From assembly GCA_965226495.1 (NCBI GenBank), contig OZ245365.1, positions 5,696,001-5,760,000 on the forward strand: a stretch of 64,000 nucleotides of DNA, given 5' to 3'. Both the position numbers and the translations under genes were made by a program. Below are positions 42,975 through 52,307 of the stretch, in pieces. The DNA comes from Candidatus Marinacidobacterales bacterium (GTDB lineage: Bacteria; Acidobacteriota; Vicinamibacteria; Marinacidobacterales; DATDRI01). The notes under the pieces are model-generated. The model saw only the letters and a list, made by a program, of their open reading frames with translations, had not been told where the DNA came from and did not search any database. Each line of letters opens with the position of its first letter. The first letter of the stretch is position 1.

Positions 42975-43274
42975 ATGCCAGATTTTGGACGAATCATCAA
43001 TCTAGCGTACATGCGCATACTCGGCCGGCCGGCCGATCCGGGCGGCCAGGAGAATTTCGACCAACTCATGAATCAAGGCATGAGCGAGGCCGCGATGCGG
43101 GAGACTCTCGTAAGAAGCGAGGAGTACGCGATCAAGAATCCGGATCAAGCGGCCCAAGCGGCCCAAGCGGCAAAGACTTCCACGAAGGCTTCGGTTAAGA
43201 GCAAACCTTCGAAGCGGAAAAAATCCAAGTGGGCAGGCAGCAAGAAGAAATCTAAAACTCGCAAGAGTCGATAG
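42975..43274 (+). CDS. Small protein: DUF4214-like module plus Lys/Ser-rich tail
   Basis: AYMRILGRPADPGG...MSEAAMRETLVRSEEY; GAGGTG RBS. Confidence 0.8.
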   Translation: MPDFGRIINLAYMRILGRPADPGGQENFDQLMNQGMSEAAMRETLVRSEEYAIKNPDQAAQAAQAAKTSTKASVKSKPSKRKKSKWAGSKKKSKTRKSR

Positions 43275-43304
43275 GCGTTTACCCACCAGACAGAGGCCTA
43301 GCTC

Positions 43305-44381
43305 ATGCCCGATTTTTCGCCCATCATTACCGACGCCTACCAGGAGATTCTGGAACGAAACCCCGATCCGACCGGCCTCGCCAGTTACAACAACCTGATG
43401 AATCAGTTGATGTCGGAGGCTGAAATGCGCGAGTCGCTACTCCGAAGCCCGGAGTATGCGGCCAACAACCCCGATCCCGGCATGCCCACGCGGCTCGGGC
43501 TCAATGCCCACATTCCTACAAACCCCATGCTGCGCGACATTGGCCGGAACCTGGGAATGCAGTGGATTCGGATCGACTTCGATTGGTTCCGAATGGAACC
43601 GCAGCAAGGGGTTTTCAGTTGGGAGGATACCGACCGCGTTGTCGATCAGGCGTTCAAGCTGAACATCGAGCCTTTGGCGACCCTTTCTTTCACGCCGCCT
43701 TGGGCTTCGTCGAACCCTCAGAACCCACAGATCAGCGATCCTCCGGCCCAGACGAGCTATTGGACCACCATCGTCAGGGAGGCGGTCACCCGATATCGAG
43801 ACAAGGTTCGATTCTGGCAATTCTGGAATGAGCCAAACCTCGACCAGTTTTGGCGTGGCTCCATGAGCCAATATCGGACTCAGATCTTGCAACCGGCGGC
43901 CCGCTTGGCCAAGGAGCTCCATCCAGCCAGTCAAGTCGTCTCCCCCGGCCTCGCCAACTTGGGAGATTGGAGGGCTTGGTTCGAAGAGGCGATGAAGGCC
44001 AAGACCCTCATCGACATCATCAATCATCACAATTACCCGAGCCGGGGACGAGACGTCATTCGTGAGCTCGAAGAGGATGAGTTCTTCCGACCTTCTTTGA
44101 GAACCCTGATGGGGGACCTGGGAGTTTCCGATAAGCCGTTTTGGATCACCGAGACCGGGCGAGAGACGAAAGAGGGGGATCAAGTCGAGTATTACCAGGA
44201 GGTCGTCGCGTCGCTCCGGAATAGTGATTGGGTACAACGGATCTTTTTCTTCCACTATTGGGACGGACCGAACCAGGGAAACACCAAGTTCGGGATCGTC
44301 AACGAAGACCTTTCACCCAAAGCGGTCTACCGGTTTCTGCAGTCGGTTCTGAAACCGGTAGCGACCGCGATCCAAGTGTAA
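43305..44381 (+). CDS. DUF4214-like module fused to a clan GH-A glycoside hydrolase
   Basis: Same N-terminal module; WIRIDFDW, WNEPN (acid/base), FWITETG (nucleophile). Confidence 0.85.
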   Translation: MPDFSPIITDAYQEILERNPDPTGLASYNNLMNQLMSEAEMRESLLRSPEYAANNPDPGMPTRLGLNAHIPTNPMLRDIGRNLGMQWIRIDFDWFRMEPQQGVFSWEDTDRVVDQAFKLNIEPLATLSFTPPWASSNPQNPQISDPPAQTSYWTTIVREAVTRYRDKVRFWQFWNEPNLDQFWRGSMSQYRTQILQPAARLAKELHPASQVVSPGLANLGDWRAWFEEAMKAKTLIDIINHHNYPSRGRDVIRELEEDEFFRPSLRTLMGDLGVSDKPFWITETGRETKEGDQVEYYQEVVASLRNSDWVQRIFFFHYWDGPNQGNTKFGIVNEDLSPKAVYRFLQSVLKPVATAIQV

Positions 44382-44384
44382 GAG

Positions 44385-45401
44385 ATGCCTGACTTCACTC
44401 CCATCATTCGCGACGCCTTCCGCGAGATCTTGCAGCGGGAAGTCGATCCCGATGGACAGAATTTCTACAACACCGAAATGAACGCCAGCCTGAGCGAGGC
44501 GGACATGAGGGAGTCGCTTCTTCGGAGTGAAGAGTACGCTCAGAAGAATCAGGGCTTTCAGCCCGCGGTCATCGGCAGGACGTTCAACTTCGACTACATC
44601 GGTTACTCGAGCTTCGGCCTGCTCGGTCGCTCCTTGGAAGACCGTATCGCCTGGGTCGATCGTGGGATCGCCGAGGGAGTCGTCGTATTTCGAGTTTTCT
44701 CCGATACCTCCTTTTGGCCGAGTGATCCGCTCTTGGATCGCGTACCGAAGCACCGCGCCGTGGATGATACGGGGCGACACCCTTCTCGAAAGCACATCCG
44801 GACCGTTAGAGAGACGGTCCGCCAAGCCTTCGTGCCCCGGCGTGCGGTCATGGAGTACGTCATCCTAGTGACACAGTTCGAGGAAAATGGTGGTCCACTC
44901 TTCCGGAGGTTCGAAGCGACCGAGAACTATGTCTACGAAGTGATGGAGGAGCTCAACGATTTGCCGAACATCATTTTCGAGCTGGGGAATGAAGTCGACA
45001 TTCACCGGAAGGGTTGGGATCGTGACCGAGTGAATCGTGTGGTGAAGGAGGTACGCGAGCGGTGGCCACATGTCATCATCTCCTGTTCATCCGGGCGAGA
45101 GCCGGAGCCCGCGTTCGATCGGTACATCTATCCCCAATGCTCCTGGGGAAACATCCATTATCCGCGACAGGACTTCCCGAAGCTCAGTTTCGGCTGGCCG
45201 CGATTCAAGGGGCCCATCGTCGACGATGAGCCGCAGTTCTTTCCCCGTACCAACATCGAGGAATATGTCGCTCACCAGGCACTGATCCTTGAGCAGAAAG
45301 GGTTCATGACCGCCCACACCCGGGAGGGCTTCATTTGTAATCCCAGAATGGAAGGCGATCTCCCCCTTCTGAGAGCCCTCGCCGCTGCCCGGGCGACATA
45401 G
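44385..45401 (+). CDS. DUF4214-like module fused to a divergent GH-A-like TIM barrel
   Basis: Same N-terminal module; PNIIFELGNE, IHYPR, PIVDDEP. Confidence 0.7.
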   Translation: MPDFTPIIRDAFREILQREVDPDGQNFYNTEMNASLSEADMRESLLRSEEYAQKNQGFQPAVIGRTFNFDYIGYSSFGLLGRSLEDRIAWVDRGIAEGVVVFRVFSDTSFWPSDPLLDRVPKHRAVDDTGRHPSRKHIRTVRETVRQAFVPRRAVMEYVILVTQFEENGGPLFRRFEATENYVYEVMEELNDLPNIIFELGNEVDIHRKGWDRDRVNRVVKEVRERWPHVIISCSSGREPEPAFDRYIYPQCSWGNIHYPRQDFPKLSFGWPRFKGPIVDDEPQFFPRTNIEEYVAHQALILEQKGFMTAHTREGFICNPRMEGDLPLLRALAAARAT

Positions 45402-45526
45402 ATTGACCTCGAGATTTCCCCGCGCGTCCTGGCAACCCTTGACAACCACTGCAATTAGGGATAAATATTGGGTTAGACCCCGACCACTTAAAATCGCCCC
45501 TCCCTCGGGAGAGGGTGTGGAGTACG

Positions 45527-46006
45527 ATGGAAGGCAGCCTCCCTCAGAATCGATCCATCCGCCGCCTGACGCCACGGAAGCCCGTTACGGTTGCCGTGCA
45601 GGATGGAGAGACGTCCCTCGCCTACGGCGTGGTGACCAACATCTCGGAGTCGGGTGCGTGCGTGATGACCGATTCGACAGTCGTGCAAGGCCGGATCGTC
45701 ATGCTACGGATGAGCTTTTACCGCCATGCCGACCTCTTCGAGGCACCGGCTCGCATCGTTTGGAGCGGTCCTGAGCTCGACTCCCCGCATGGCGTACCGA
45801 GCGCCGTCCTTCAAGGTGTCCAATTCACGCGTCTCGGCGATCGAGAGGTTTCGAGGCTGAAGGACCTCCTGGACTCGCCGGATTTCGTGCCAGGAGCGGT
45901 GCTTTCCGTGACTCCCGAGTTCGAGGACCTGGTGAGCAACCTGCGGCAGGACCTCGGCAAGCTAGGGTCCAAACTGCGGCGGGACACGCAACGCGACACC
46001 GACTAG
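45527..46006 (+). CDS. PilZ domain protein
   Basis: RLTPR (RxxxR) and NISESG (D/NxSxxG) c-di-GMP motifs. Confidence 0.85.
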   Translation: MEGSLPQNRSIRRLTPRKPVTVAVQDGETSLAYGVVTNISESGACVMTDSTVVQGRIVMLRMSFYRHADLFEAPARIVWSGPELDSPHGVPSAVLQGVQFTRLGDREVSRLKDLLDSPDFVPGAVLSVTPEFEDLVSNLRQDLGKLGSKLRRDTQRDTD

Positions 46007-46037
46007 TAGTCGGTCAGAAAATCTCCCGTCCATTCTC

Positions 46038-46808
46038 GTGAAGTTACCCCAGGGTCTCCTGGTCGACCTCGATGGCGTCCTCTATGTAGAGGACACTGTC
46101 ATACCCGGGGCGGTGGAGGCAATGGATTGGCTACGAGAACGCGAGTACCCCCTTCGTTTTCTCACGAACACAACCATGCGTTCTCGCCTCTCGTTGGCAG
46201 AGAAGTTGCGGGGCCTTGGCATACGTGCCGAGCCTCAGGAGGTTTTCAGCACTTGCGTCGTTGCCGCACATTGGTTGAGAGCACAGAGCATACATAGGGT
46301 GCACCTACTGCTGCCGCGCCCGGCGCACGAGGATTTTTCCGATTTCCAGAACACCAACGATCGACCGGAGGCGGTGATCGTGGGCGACCTCGGTCGTGAC
46401 TTCGACTTCGACGTTCTGAATCTAGCGTTCCGGCTGATCCGGAGTGGAGCGCGACTGATCGCCCTTCAGAAGAACCGGTTCTGGCAACGACTCGATGGCG
46501 TGGCCATGGACGTTGGCGCTTTCGTGGCGGCGCTAGAGTACGCCGCGGACGTGGAAGCCACGGTGATTGGAAAGCCCAACCGCGCCTATTTCGAAATGGC
46601 TCTAGAAGATCTAGGTTTGCCCGCGGACCAAGTTGCCATGATCGGCGACGACGTTCATACCGATATCTTGGGCGGGCACGCGGCGGGTCTAAAGACCATT
46701 CTGGTTAAGACGGGCAAGTACGCCCTCGACGGTCCGGGTTCCATCGACTGCCAGCCCGACTGGACCCTCGATTCTATTGCCAATTTGCCGACCCTTCTCG
46801 AGTCGTAG
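46038..46808 (+). CDS. HAD-IIA hydrolase (TIGR01458/LHPP-like)
   Basis: DLDGVL, LTNTT, IGKP, MIGDDVHTDI, VKTGKY. Confidence 0.92.
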   Translation: MKLPQGLLVDLDGVLYVEDTVIPGAVEAMDWLREREYPLRFLTNTTMRSRLSLAEKLRGLGIRAEPQEVFSTCVVAAHWLRAQSIHRVHLLLPRPAHEDFSDFQNTNDRPEAVIVGDLGRDFDFDVLNLAFRLIRSGARLIALQKNRFWQRLDGVAMDVGAFVAALEYAADVEATVIGKPNRAYFEMALEDLGLPADQVAMIGDDVHTDILGGHAAGLKTILVKTGKYALDGPGSIDCQPDWTLDSIANLPTLLES

Positions 46809-46809
46809 A

Positions 46810-46945
46810 GCGCCTCAATGCGCGCTCACTCCTCGTTCGCGCGCTCGGCGCCTCGCTCCTCGCTCGGCTTCCTGTCATCGGCCCATCCGGGCCGGGCTCG
46901 CTCCGCTCGCGCAGGGTGCCGAGAAATCCTTCAGCACCCTGCCAG
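46810..46945. repeat. Palindromic intergenic element
   Basis: GCTCGCT-rich tract ending in inverted repeat GCAGGGTGC...GCACCCTGC. Confidence 0.5.
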
Positions 46946-47067
46946 TCAAACTTCCCAAAGAGTCAGCCAGGCGGTACAATTGGATCAATCCGTCTTCTTT
47001 CTACTGCAATCAAAAACCTAACTACCGTTGGCCGAGAGACTTACGTCTGGCTCGAGGAGGGCGAAGA

Positions 47068-47196
47068 ATGGCTCAGAAAAGAGAATTGATCCATGTCCCT
47101 TGGTGGGGGTGGCTGGTGCTCCTGTTCGTGGTCGGTGGCTGCCTGACCTACTTCATTGTCGGTTTGATTGGCTGGGGAATTCCACTTCCCAGTTAA
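47068..47196 (+). CDS. 42-aa single-pass membrane peptide
   Basis: GAGGAGG RBS; MAQKRELIHVPWWGWLVLLFVVGGCLTYFIVGLIGWGIPLPS. Confidence 0.6.
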   Translation: MAQKRELIHVPWWGWLVLLFVVGGCLTYFIVGLIGWGIPLPS

Positions 47197-47497
47197 GCCT
47201 CATCTCTCCCCCACCCACGCGCCCGCTCGACTAGGCCCGGTATCGCCGCCCTTCGGGACTCTTGTAGGGATTGTTTGGTTGTTCGTTCGTCCTAAGGACG
47301 GCTCCATCGGAAGAGACGCATCCAAATCATCTTTGTCATAGTAGAGGTCCATGAATCCTTTCGGCTGGTGGTCTCCTCTAATCAGTCTCTTGATGTAACC
47401 GACACGAAAAACAAGAAGAAGCGGCTGATAGGTAACCACGTCTTTAGCTGGCAAGAGGCTGAACCAATTCATCAGAACCTTTCCCTAGAACGACGAT

Positions 47498-47527
47498 TTG
47501 AAAAGTTCAGCGGCAGACCCCTATAAT
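47498..47527 (+). promoter_or_regulatory. Candidate cassette-array promoter
   Basis: TTGAAA-18 nt-TATAAT about 200 bp upstream of the first cassette boundary. Confidence 0.45.
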
Positions 47528-47685
47528 CCGCCGAACGAGCCACGTGGGTATATCTACATATCCAGACCCCCCCAGACGCGGCATACCCCGGGCGGGAAAC
47601 ACTGAATCATGTCCAGTATGAGTAGGCTCAGTTACATGAACAAGGACACCCACGCCGCGTTATCCAATACACAGGCCGGCTTGGT

Positions 47686-47727
47686 TGTGCTATCGAATGA
47701 CCCAGATCTAGATACTTACTGTTAGGT
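47686..47727 (+). other. Candidate attI / first cassette boundary
   Basis: GTTAGGT core at 47721 matches GCCTAAC of the next attC (one wobble); no attC-like stem upstream. Confidence 0.5.
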
Positions 47728-47787
47728 CGTCTTGTGGAACGCCGTAACCGGTCGAGTGCTTTGCACACGTAAAAAGGAGGGTTTCTG

Positions 47788-49203
47788 ATGACAGACCTGA
47801 AAATTGTTGACGCTCATGGCGATGAGCGGATCGTTCCGAACGCGGAAGTCGAGCACTTCACTGGGAAGTTTAACGGCGAAGTCCTTCGTCCTGCCGATCC
47901 GGGGTACGACGATGCCCGAACAGTCTGGAACGGCATGATCGATAAGTACCCCGGCCTTATTGCCCGCTGCACTGGCACAGACGATGTCGTGGCCTGCGTG
48001 AACTTCGCAAGAGACAACGAGCTATTAGTGTCTGTGCGAGGGGGAGGACACAACTACGCAGGCAAGGCCGTTTGCGACGGCGGTCTCATGATTGACCTGT
48101 CTCCAATGAAGGACACTCAGGTGGATAGCGAGAAACGGACGGTGCGAGCACAGGCCGGGTTGAGACTCGGAGAGCTCGATCGCGAAACGCAGAAGTTCGG
48201 CCTGGCGACAACACTTGGGATCAATACCGACACCGGAATCGCAGGCCTGACTCTCGGCGGCGGCGGTGGCTGGTTGTCTGGCAAGTTTGGGCTGGCATGC
48301 GACAACGTGCTCTCGGCCGAGGTGGTGACCGCAGGCGGGCAAACCCTCACCGCGAGCCCCGAGCAGAACGAAGATCTCTTCTGGGGGCTCCGTGGTGCCG
48401 GGGCCAATCTCGGCGTGGTCACATCTTTTGAGTATCAGCTGCATCCTGTGGGGCCGGTGTTGGGCGGGATGGTGATTCATCCTCTGAGCAAGGCCAAGGA
48501 AGTTCTGCCCTTCTTCCACGAGTTTTCGAGCACGGCGCCTGATGAGGTAGGGACCGTGGGGCTGTTGATGACGACGCCCGACGGGAGTCCCGCTGTGGGG
48601 ATGGTGGCGTGCTACTCCGGGCCCCCCGACGAAGGCGAAAAAGTGTTGAAGCCGCTCAGGACGTTTTCTTCCCCAATAGCCGATATGATCGCGGAGCAGT
48701 CCTACGTGGAGATGCAGAGCATGTTTGATGAGATTTGGCCGCCGGGTCGTCTCTATTATCACAAAGCGAGCAACCTGCGCGAACTGAGCGACTCCGCGAT
48801 TGAAACCCTCGTGGCCTGCGCCCAGCACTTCCCGACCGCTGTCTCGTCCATCTACCTCATGCAGTACATGCATGGTGCTGCCATCCGGGTGGGTGAAAGC
48901 GAAACGGCGTTTCCGCATCGCTATTATCACTACATTTGCGGCGTCCAATCCGGGACGGACGACCCAGATGATTCCGAGAAGATCATCCGCTGGACACGAG
49001 AGTCCTGGGACGCGATACAGCCGTTTTTCGAAGCGGGTGTGAGCCTCAACGCCGTGGAGGACACTGTGGAGGAGGGCGAACACCGGGTGCGTGAAGCCTA
49101 CGGCGTGAACTACGATCGACTCGTAGCCCTCAAGAGTAAGTACGACCCGACGAATATGTTTCGACTGAATGTAAACATCATCCCGAGCGGCGTTGAAGCT
49201 TAA
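47788..49203 (+). CDS. FAD-binding BBE-like oxidoreductase (gene cassette 1)
   Basis: VRGGGHN, GLTLGGG, WGLRGAGANLGVVT, KYDPTNMFR. Confidence 0.93.
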   Translation: MTDLKIVDAHGDERIVPNAEVEHFTGKFNGEVLRPADPGYDDARTVWNGMIDKYPGLIARCTGTDDVVACVNFARDNELLVSVRGGGHNYAGKAVCDGGLMIDLSPMKDTQVDSEKRTVRAQAGLRLGELDRETQKFGLATTLGINTDTGIAGLTLGGGGGWLSGKFGLACDNVLSAEVVTAGGQTLTASPEQNEDLFWGLRGAGANLGVVTSFEYQLHPVGPVLGGMVIHPLSKAKEVLPFFHEFSSTAPDEVGTVGLLMTTPDGSPAVGMVACYSGPPDEGEKVLKPLRTFSSPIADMIAEQSYVEMQSMFDEIWPPGRLYYHKASNLRELSDSAIETLVACAQHFPTAVSSIYLMQYMHGAAIRVGESETAFPHRYYHYICGVQSGTDDPDDSEKIIRWTRESWDAIQPFFEAGVSLNAVEDTVEEGEHRVREAYGVNYDRLVALKSKYDPTNMFRLNVNIIPSGVEA

Positions 49204-49301
49204 AAAAGCCGCTGCCCAATTGAAGAACGGGATGTCGCTGATTTTGTGGAATTACAACAGGAACTGGGCCGCATGTGAACGTGCCTCTGTTGGAGGGACC
49301 G

Positions 49302-49432
49302 GCCTAACTTGTGGATCGAGCGGACGTGGCCTTACTCTTCGGTAGGAATTGAGCTTGGAAGAAGCTGCGGAGTCTTCGGGATGGATCGTGCTTTGTTGAC
49401 CATTGGCCACGCCGCTCATCCACCTATTAGAT
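49302..49432 (+). mobile_element. Integron attC site 1
   Basis: GCCTAAC-TTGTGGATCGAGCGGACGTGGCC ... GGCCACGCCGCTCATCCAC-CT-ATTAGAT; R' has A instead of G. Confidence 0.75.
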
Positions 49433-49457
49433 TGACTTGATGCTTACCTAGAGCGGG

Positions 49458-50327
49458 ATGATTTGGCTTGGCGAGAAGCGAGGCTATCTTACCGACTGGT
49501 CTACGCAGCTCTGGGTGCGTGCGACGGGGAAGAAGCTGGATGTTCGAGAATATCCATGGCTCGAGGGTCCGGTTGGTCCCGCCCGGGGCATAGGTGCCGA
49601 CTTTTTTCGGGAACTAGCCCGCAGAGAGAAGCTGGATGTCCGCACGGGAGGCCCACCGCTTGGGATCATTCCGGACTTTGGTGTCCTCCGGAGCGAATCG
49701 TTTGATCCTAGTGAGGTTAGTGGGGGAGTCATCGCCTTCTACGAGCAAACCTCAGCGTTCGAGCTCGAGGCATGGTCGCAGTGGTGCGGGGCGTTTCGTC
49801 CCTTTGGAGGTCTGTTAAGGACTTTGTTCAGTCGCCGACTCCAGCAGCTCAATGTGCCGTTGTCAGGCCTTGAAACAAGTCGAGGAGTTACAAACGAGGT
49901 TTCGCATCTGGTGGAGCCCGCGTCAGGCCTGCGCAAGTATGCCGTGTGGATACGACATATGGTCGGCAGCAAGGACGTTCTCTACGCAGGCAGTTACACT
50001 CCGTGCCGGGTCCCCGGGTTCGACCGCGTTTGTTTGAAAGTCGTGTTCCCGCTACCCAATGGAAAGGCGCTTGTCATCATGCGTCCGGAAGCGCATCCAG
50101 ACGGATCGCTGTCCCTGGTTTCGCGCGGCGATTCATTCGGTTCTCCGGGCTTCTACTTCGTGGTTCATGGAAAGGATAACTCGATATGGGCACGATACGT
50201 CCGGACTATGCGCGAAAGTATTCGCGTCTACGAGTGCGACGGTAGGGAGGCTCGGGCGGACCATACTCTCAGGATATGGGGATTGGTCTTTCTACGCCTC
50301 CACTATCGTTTGCGGTGGCGGAACTAG
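49458..50327 (+). CDS. Hypothetical protein (gene cassette 2)
   Basis: Long ORF bounded by attC sites; TTAGAT start matches ATCTAAC end. Confidence 0.75.
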   Translation: MIWLGEKRGYLTDWSTQLWVRATGKKLDVREYPWLEGPVGPARGIGADFFRELARREKLDVRTGGPPLGIIPDFGVLRSESFDPSEVSGGVIAFYEQTSAFELEAWSQWCGAFRPFGGLLRTLFSRRLQQLNVPLSGLETSRGVTNEVSHLVEPASGLRKYAVWIRHMVGSKDVLYAGSYTPCRVPGFDRVCLKVVFPLPNGKALVIMRPEAHPDGSLSLVSRGDSFGSPGFYFVVHGKDNSIWARYVRTMRESIRVYECDGREARADHTLRIWGLVFLRLHYRLRWRN

Positions 50328-50345
50328 CCTTAGTATGAGGGCGCA

Positions 50346-50420
50346 ATCTAACGTCTCGCTGGAGCAGACGGCGCCTGCTGTAATGCGCGGTGGCGCCGCA
50401 GCTCAGCGAGTCTGTTAGAC
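50346..50420 (+). mobile_element. Integron attC site 2
   Basis: ATCTAAC-GTCTCGCTGGAGCAGACGGCGCC ... GGCGCCGCAGCTCAGCGAGTCT-GTTAGAC. Confidence 0.92.
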
Positions 50421-50428
50421 GGAGGGAG

Positions 50429-50671
50429 ATGCAGTTGTTGAAATGCCCATCCTGTGCTGTGGAATTGGGGCGTGGGTTTATTTACGTTAGGGGTTTTGCA
50501 GGATCGCTCTTCTGGTCTGAGAGTGGGGATACAAGGTTTTACTCTCGGAAGGGTTTGGAGCAAATTGATCTGAGCAAGATTAGCGAACTACCTACAGGGG
50601 GCCAGGCAGTTGTTCCGGCGTTGCGGTGCTCGGCCTGTGGCATGGTGACCTTCAAGTCGGGGTTGGTTTGA
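50429..50671 (+). CDS. Small CxxC...CxxC zinc-binding protein (DUF6487-like; cassette 3)
   Basis: CPSC...CSACG; GGAGG RBS directly after the attC R' box. Confidence 0.75.
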   Translation: MQLLKCPSCAVELGRGFIYVRGFAGSLFWSESGDTRFYSRKGLEQIDLSKISELPTGGQAVVPALRCSACGMVTFKSGLV

Positions 50672-50694
50672 GCTCGGAAGATTATGTGCACCCC

Positions 50695-51585
50695 GTGTGA
50701 CTTCAAGTTTGAAGCGCACCATTCGTTAGAGCCATGGAAACGTTCCTCCGGTGTGCGGTAGCCGAGCCTCTTGCGGGGCCGTGTGTTGAGCTTCTTTGCG
50801 ATACGATCGCAGTGGCGTTGCGTGAGCGCTGCTTGGCTGGTGCGCTTCGGCAGGTATTGTCGTAGCAGGCCATTGAAGTTCTCGTTGCTGCCTCTCTCCC
50901 ATGAGTGATAGGGAGTTGCGAAGTAGAACTTGACGCCGGTCGTTTCCTCGACGGATTCGTAGTCGTGGAACTCGGTGCCATTGTCCGCGGTGATCGTCTT
51001 GACCTGCTCCGGCACCCGCCGGAGCAACATCTTCGTTCGCTGGCTAGTGCCGAACATGCTGCGGTCGGACAGCTTGCCGATCAGCGCATAGCCCGTCTTT
51101 CGTTCCACGAGCGTGGTGACGCAGTCCGGCGCGCCTTTTCCTACCACGGTGTCGATCTCCCAGTGGCCAACGGCACGGCGCTTCTCGACACAAGACGGCC
51201 GCTCGGAGATGTGACGCTTCCCGGCCAGGTGGCCTCGGCTGTCGTAGCTGTTGTGGCGCTTGCGTCTAAGTTTGGGCGAGCATCGAAGGTGGCGGTATAG
51301 ATGTCCTCCGGCCTCCTTGTCCCGCCAAACGTGGGTGTAGATCGTCTCGTGGCTGATCGAGAGCTCGCCGTGAAGGCGCAGGTGGCCGGAGATCTGCTCT
51401 GGGCTCCAGTCGGCCTTAAGCTTCTTCTCCACCAGGGCAAAGTCGGCCTTTGTGAAGTACTGGTTCCGGCGAGACCGCGAGCGTCGTCCGTTCGTTCTCT
51501 CGATGGCCTTGCTCGGCCGGTAGCATCCATCACTACGTGAGCTGTTCCTCCTGACCTCTCTCGAGATGGTGCTCGCGGCCGCGGC
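50695..51585 (-). mobile_element. IS30-family element remnant, 5'-truncated transposase
   Basis: STISREVRRN, WSPEQI, ISHETIY, GHWEIDTV, TADNGTEF, WERGSNENFNGLLR; typical GALQT* end lies out of frame. Confidence 0.9.
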
Positions 51586-52111
51586 CCTGGGTGGCTGTGG
51601 TGCGGAGGAGTCCACCCAAGGGGTGTCTGTATTGCAGGCGCCAGCAGCAGCGTACAGATTGCCCGCGCCGCCAGGTCAATCCACTTGGCCCGAGGCCCTT
51701 GGCGGAGACTGGCGAGTGATTGAGTGGCTGCCGAACCGAATCGGAACGTGGTCTTTCGAAGAGGGCAACGCACTCGTCGGACAGGTTGCAAAGCTCCACA
51801 CGAGCGAGCTTGAAGTTCCGGGATATTCGTGTGAGCGCCCGAACTTTGCGGTTTCCGACACCGGCAGGTTCTGGGAAAGGTTCGCGCAGTGCATGGGCCC
51901 GGAGCCACGCGGGGATTGTCGGGACATTGGGTGGGTTGGCAAGGCGATGCTCAAGTGCGCCGATTCGGATTCTGACCCGACGGTATTGGCCGAAGTCAGC
52001 GCTAGGTGTCCCGACGGTCTCCCCTTTACGTTTTCGCAGCTGTCGGGCTCAAGAGCCTTTCTAGGATTGCCGGATGGTCGGGGTTCCCTCTGCCTGAAGC
52101 TGATGAAATAG
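51566..52111 (+). CDS. Cys-rich hypothetical lipoprotein (cassette 4, 5' end fused to IS30)
   Basis: LGGC lipobox; stop 13 nt before attC 3. Confidence 0.55.
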   Translation: MVLAAAALGGCGAEESTQGVSVLQAPAAAYRLPAPPGQSTWPEALGGDWRVIEWLPNRIGTWSFEEGNALVGQVAKLHTSELEVPGYSCERPNFAVSDTGRFWERFAQCMGPEPRGDCRDIGWVGKAMLKCADSDSDPTVLAEVSARCPDGLPFTFSQLSGSRAFLGLPDGRGSLCLKLMK

Positions 52112-52124
52112 TGGCGTGGCAGCC

Positions 52125-52247
52125 GCAGAACACGCCGTTGCAGCGGGCGATCGGCGAAGGAGGGTTGCACCGTGGCAGCGCGAAGCGCTGTCCCTTCGCG
52201 CTCCCGCGTCATTGAGCGGGGCTCGCCGCTTGTCCGCAGTGTTATAC
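52125..52247 (+). mobile_element. Integron attC site 3
   Basis: GCAGAAC-ACGCCGTTGCAGCGGGCGA ... TCGCCGCT...GTTATAC. Confidence 0.7.
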
Positions 52248-52307
52248 GGCGCTGATGTCTTCGACGTTAATGTTGGTTTTGTGGCATCACTTCTGAGTGT
52301 AAACGCA

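Noticed and set aside
47200-47472. Divergent ORF at the position where intI would be expected
   Set aside because: No tyrosine-recombinase or IntI motifs recognisable; short and of doubtful coding status.
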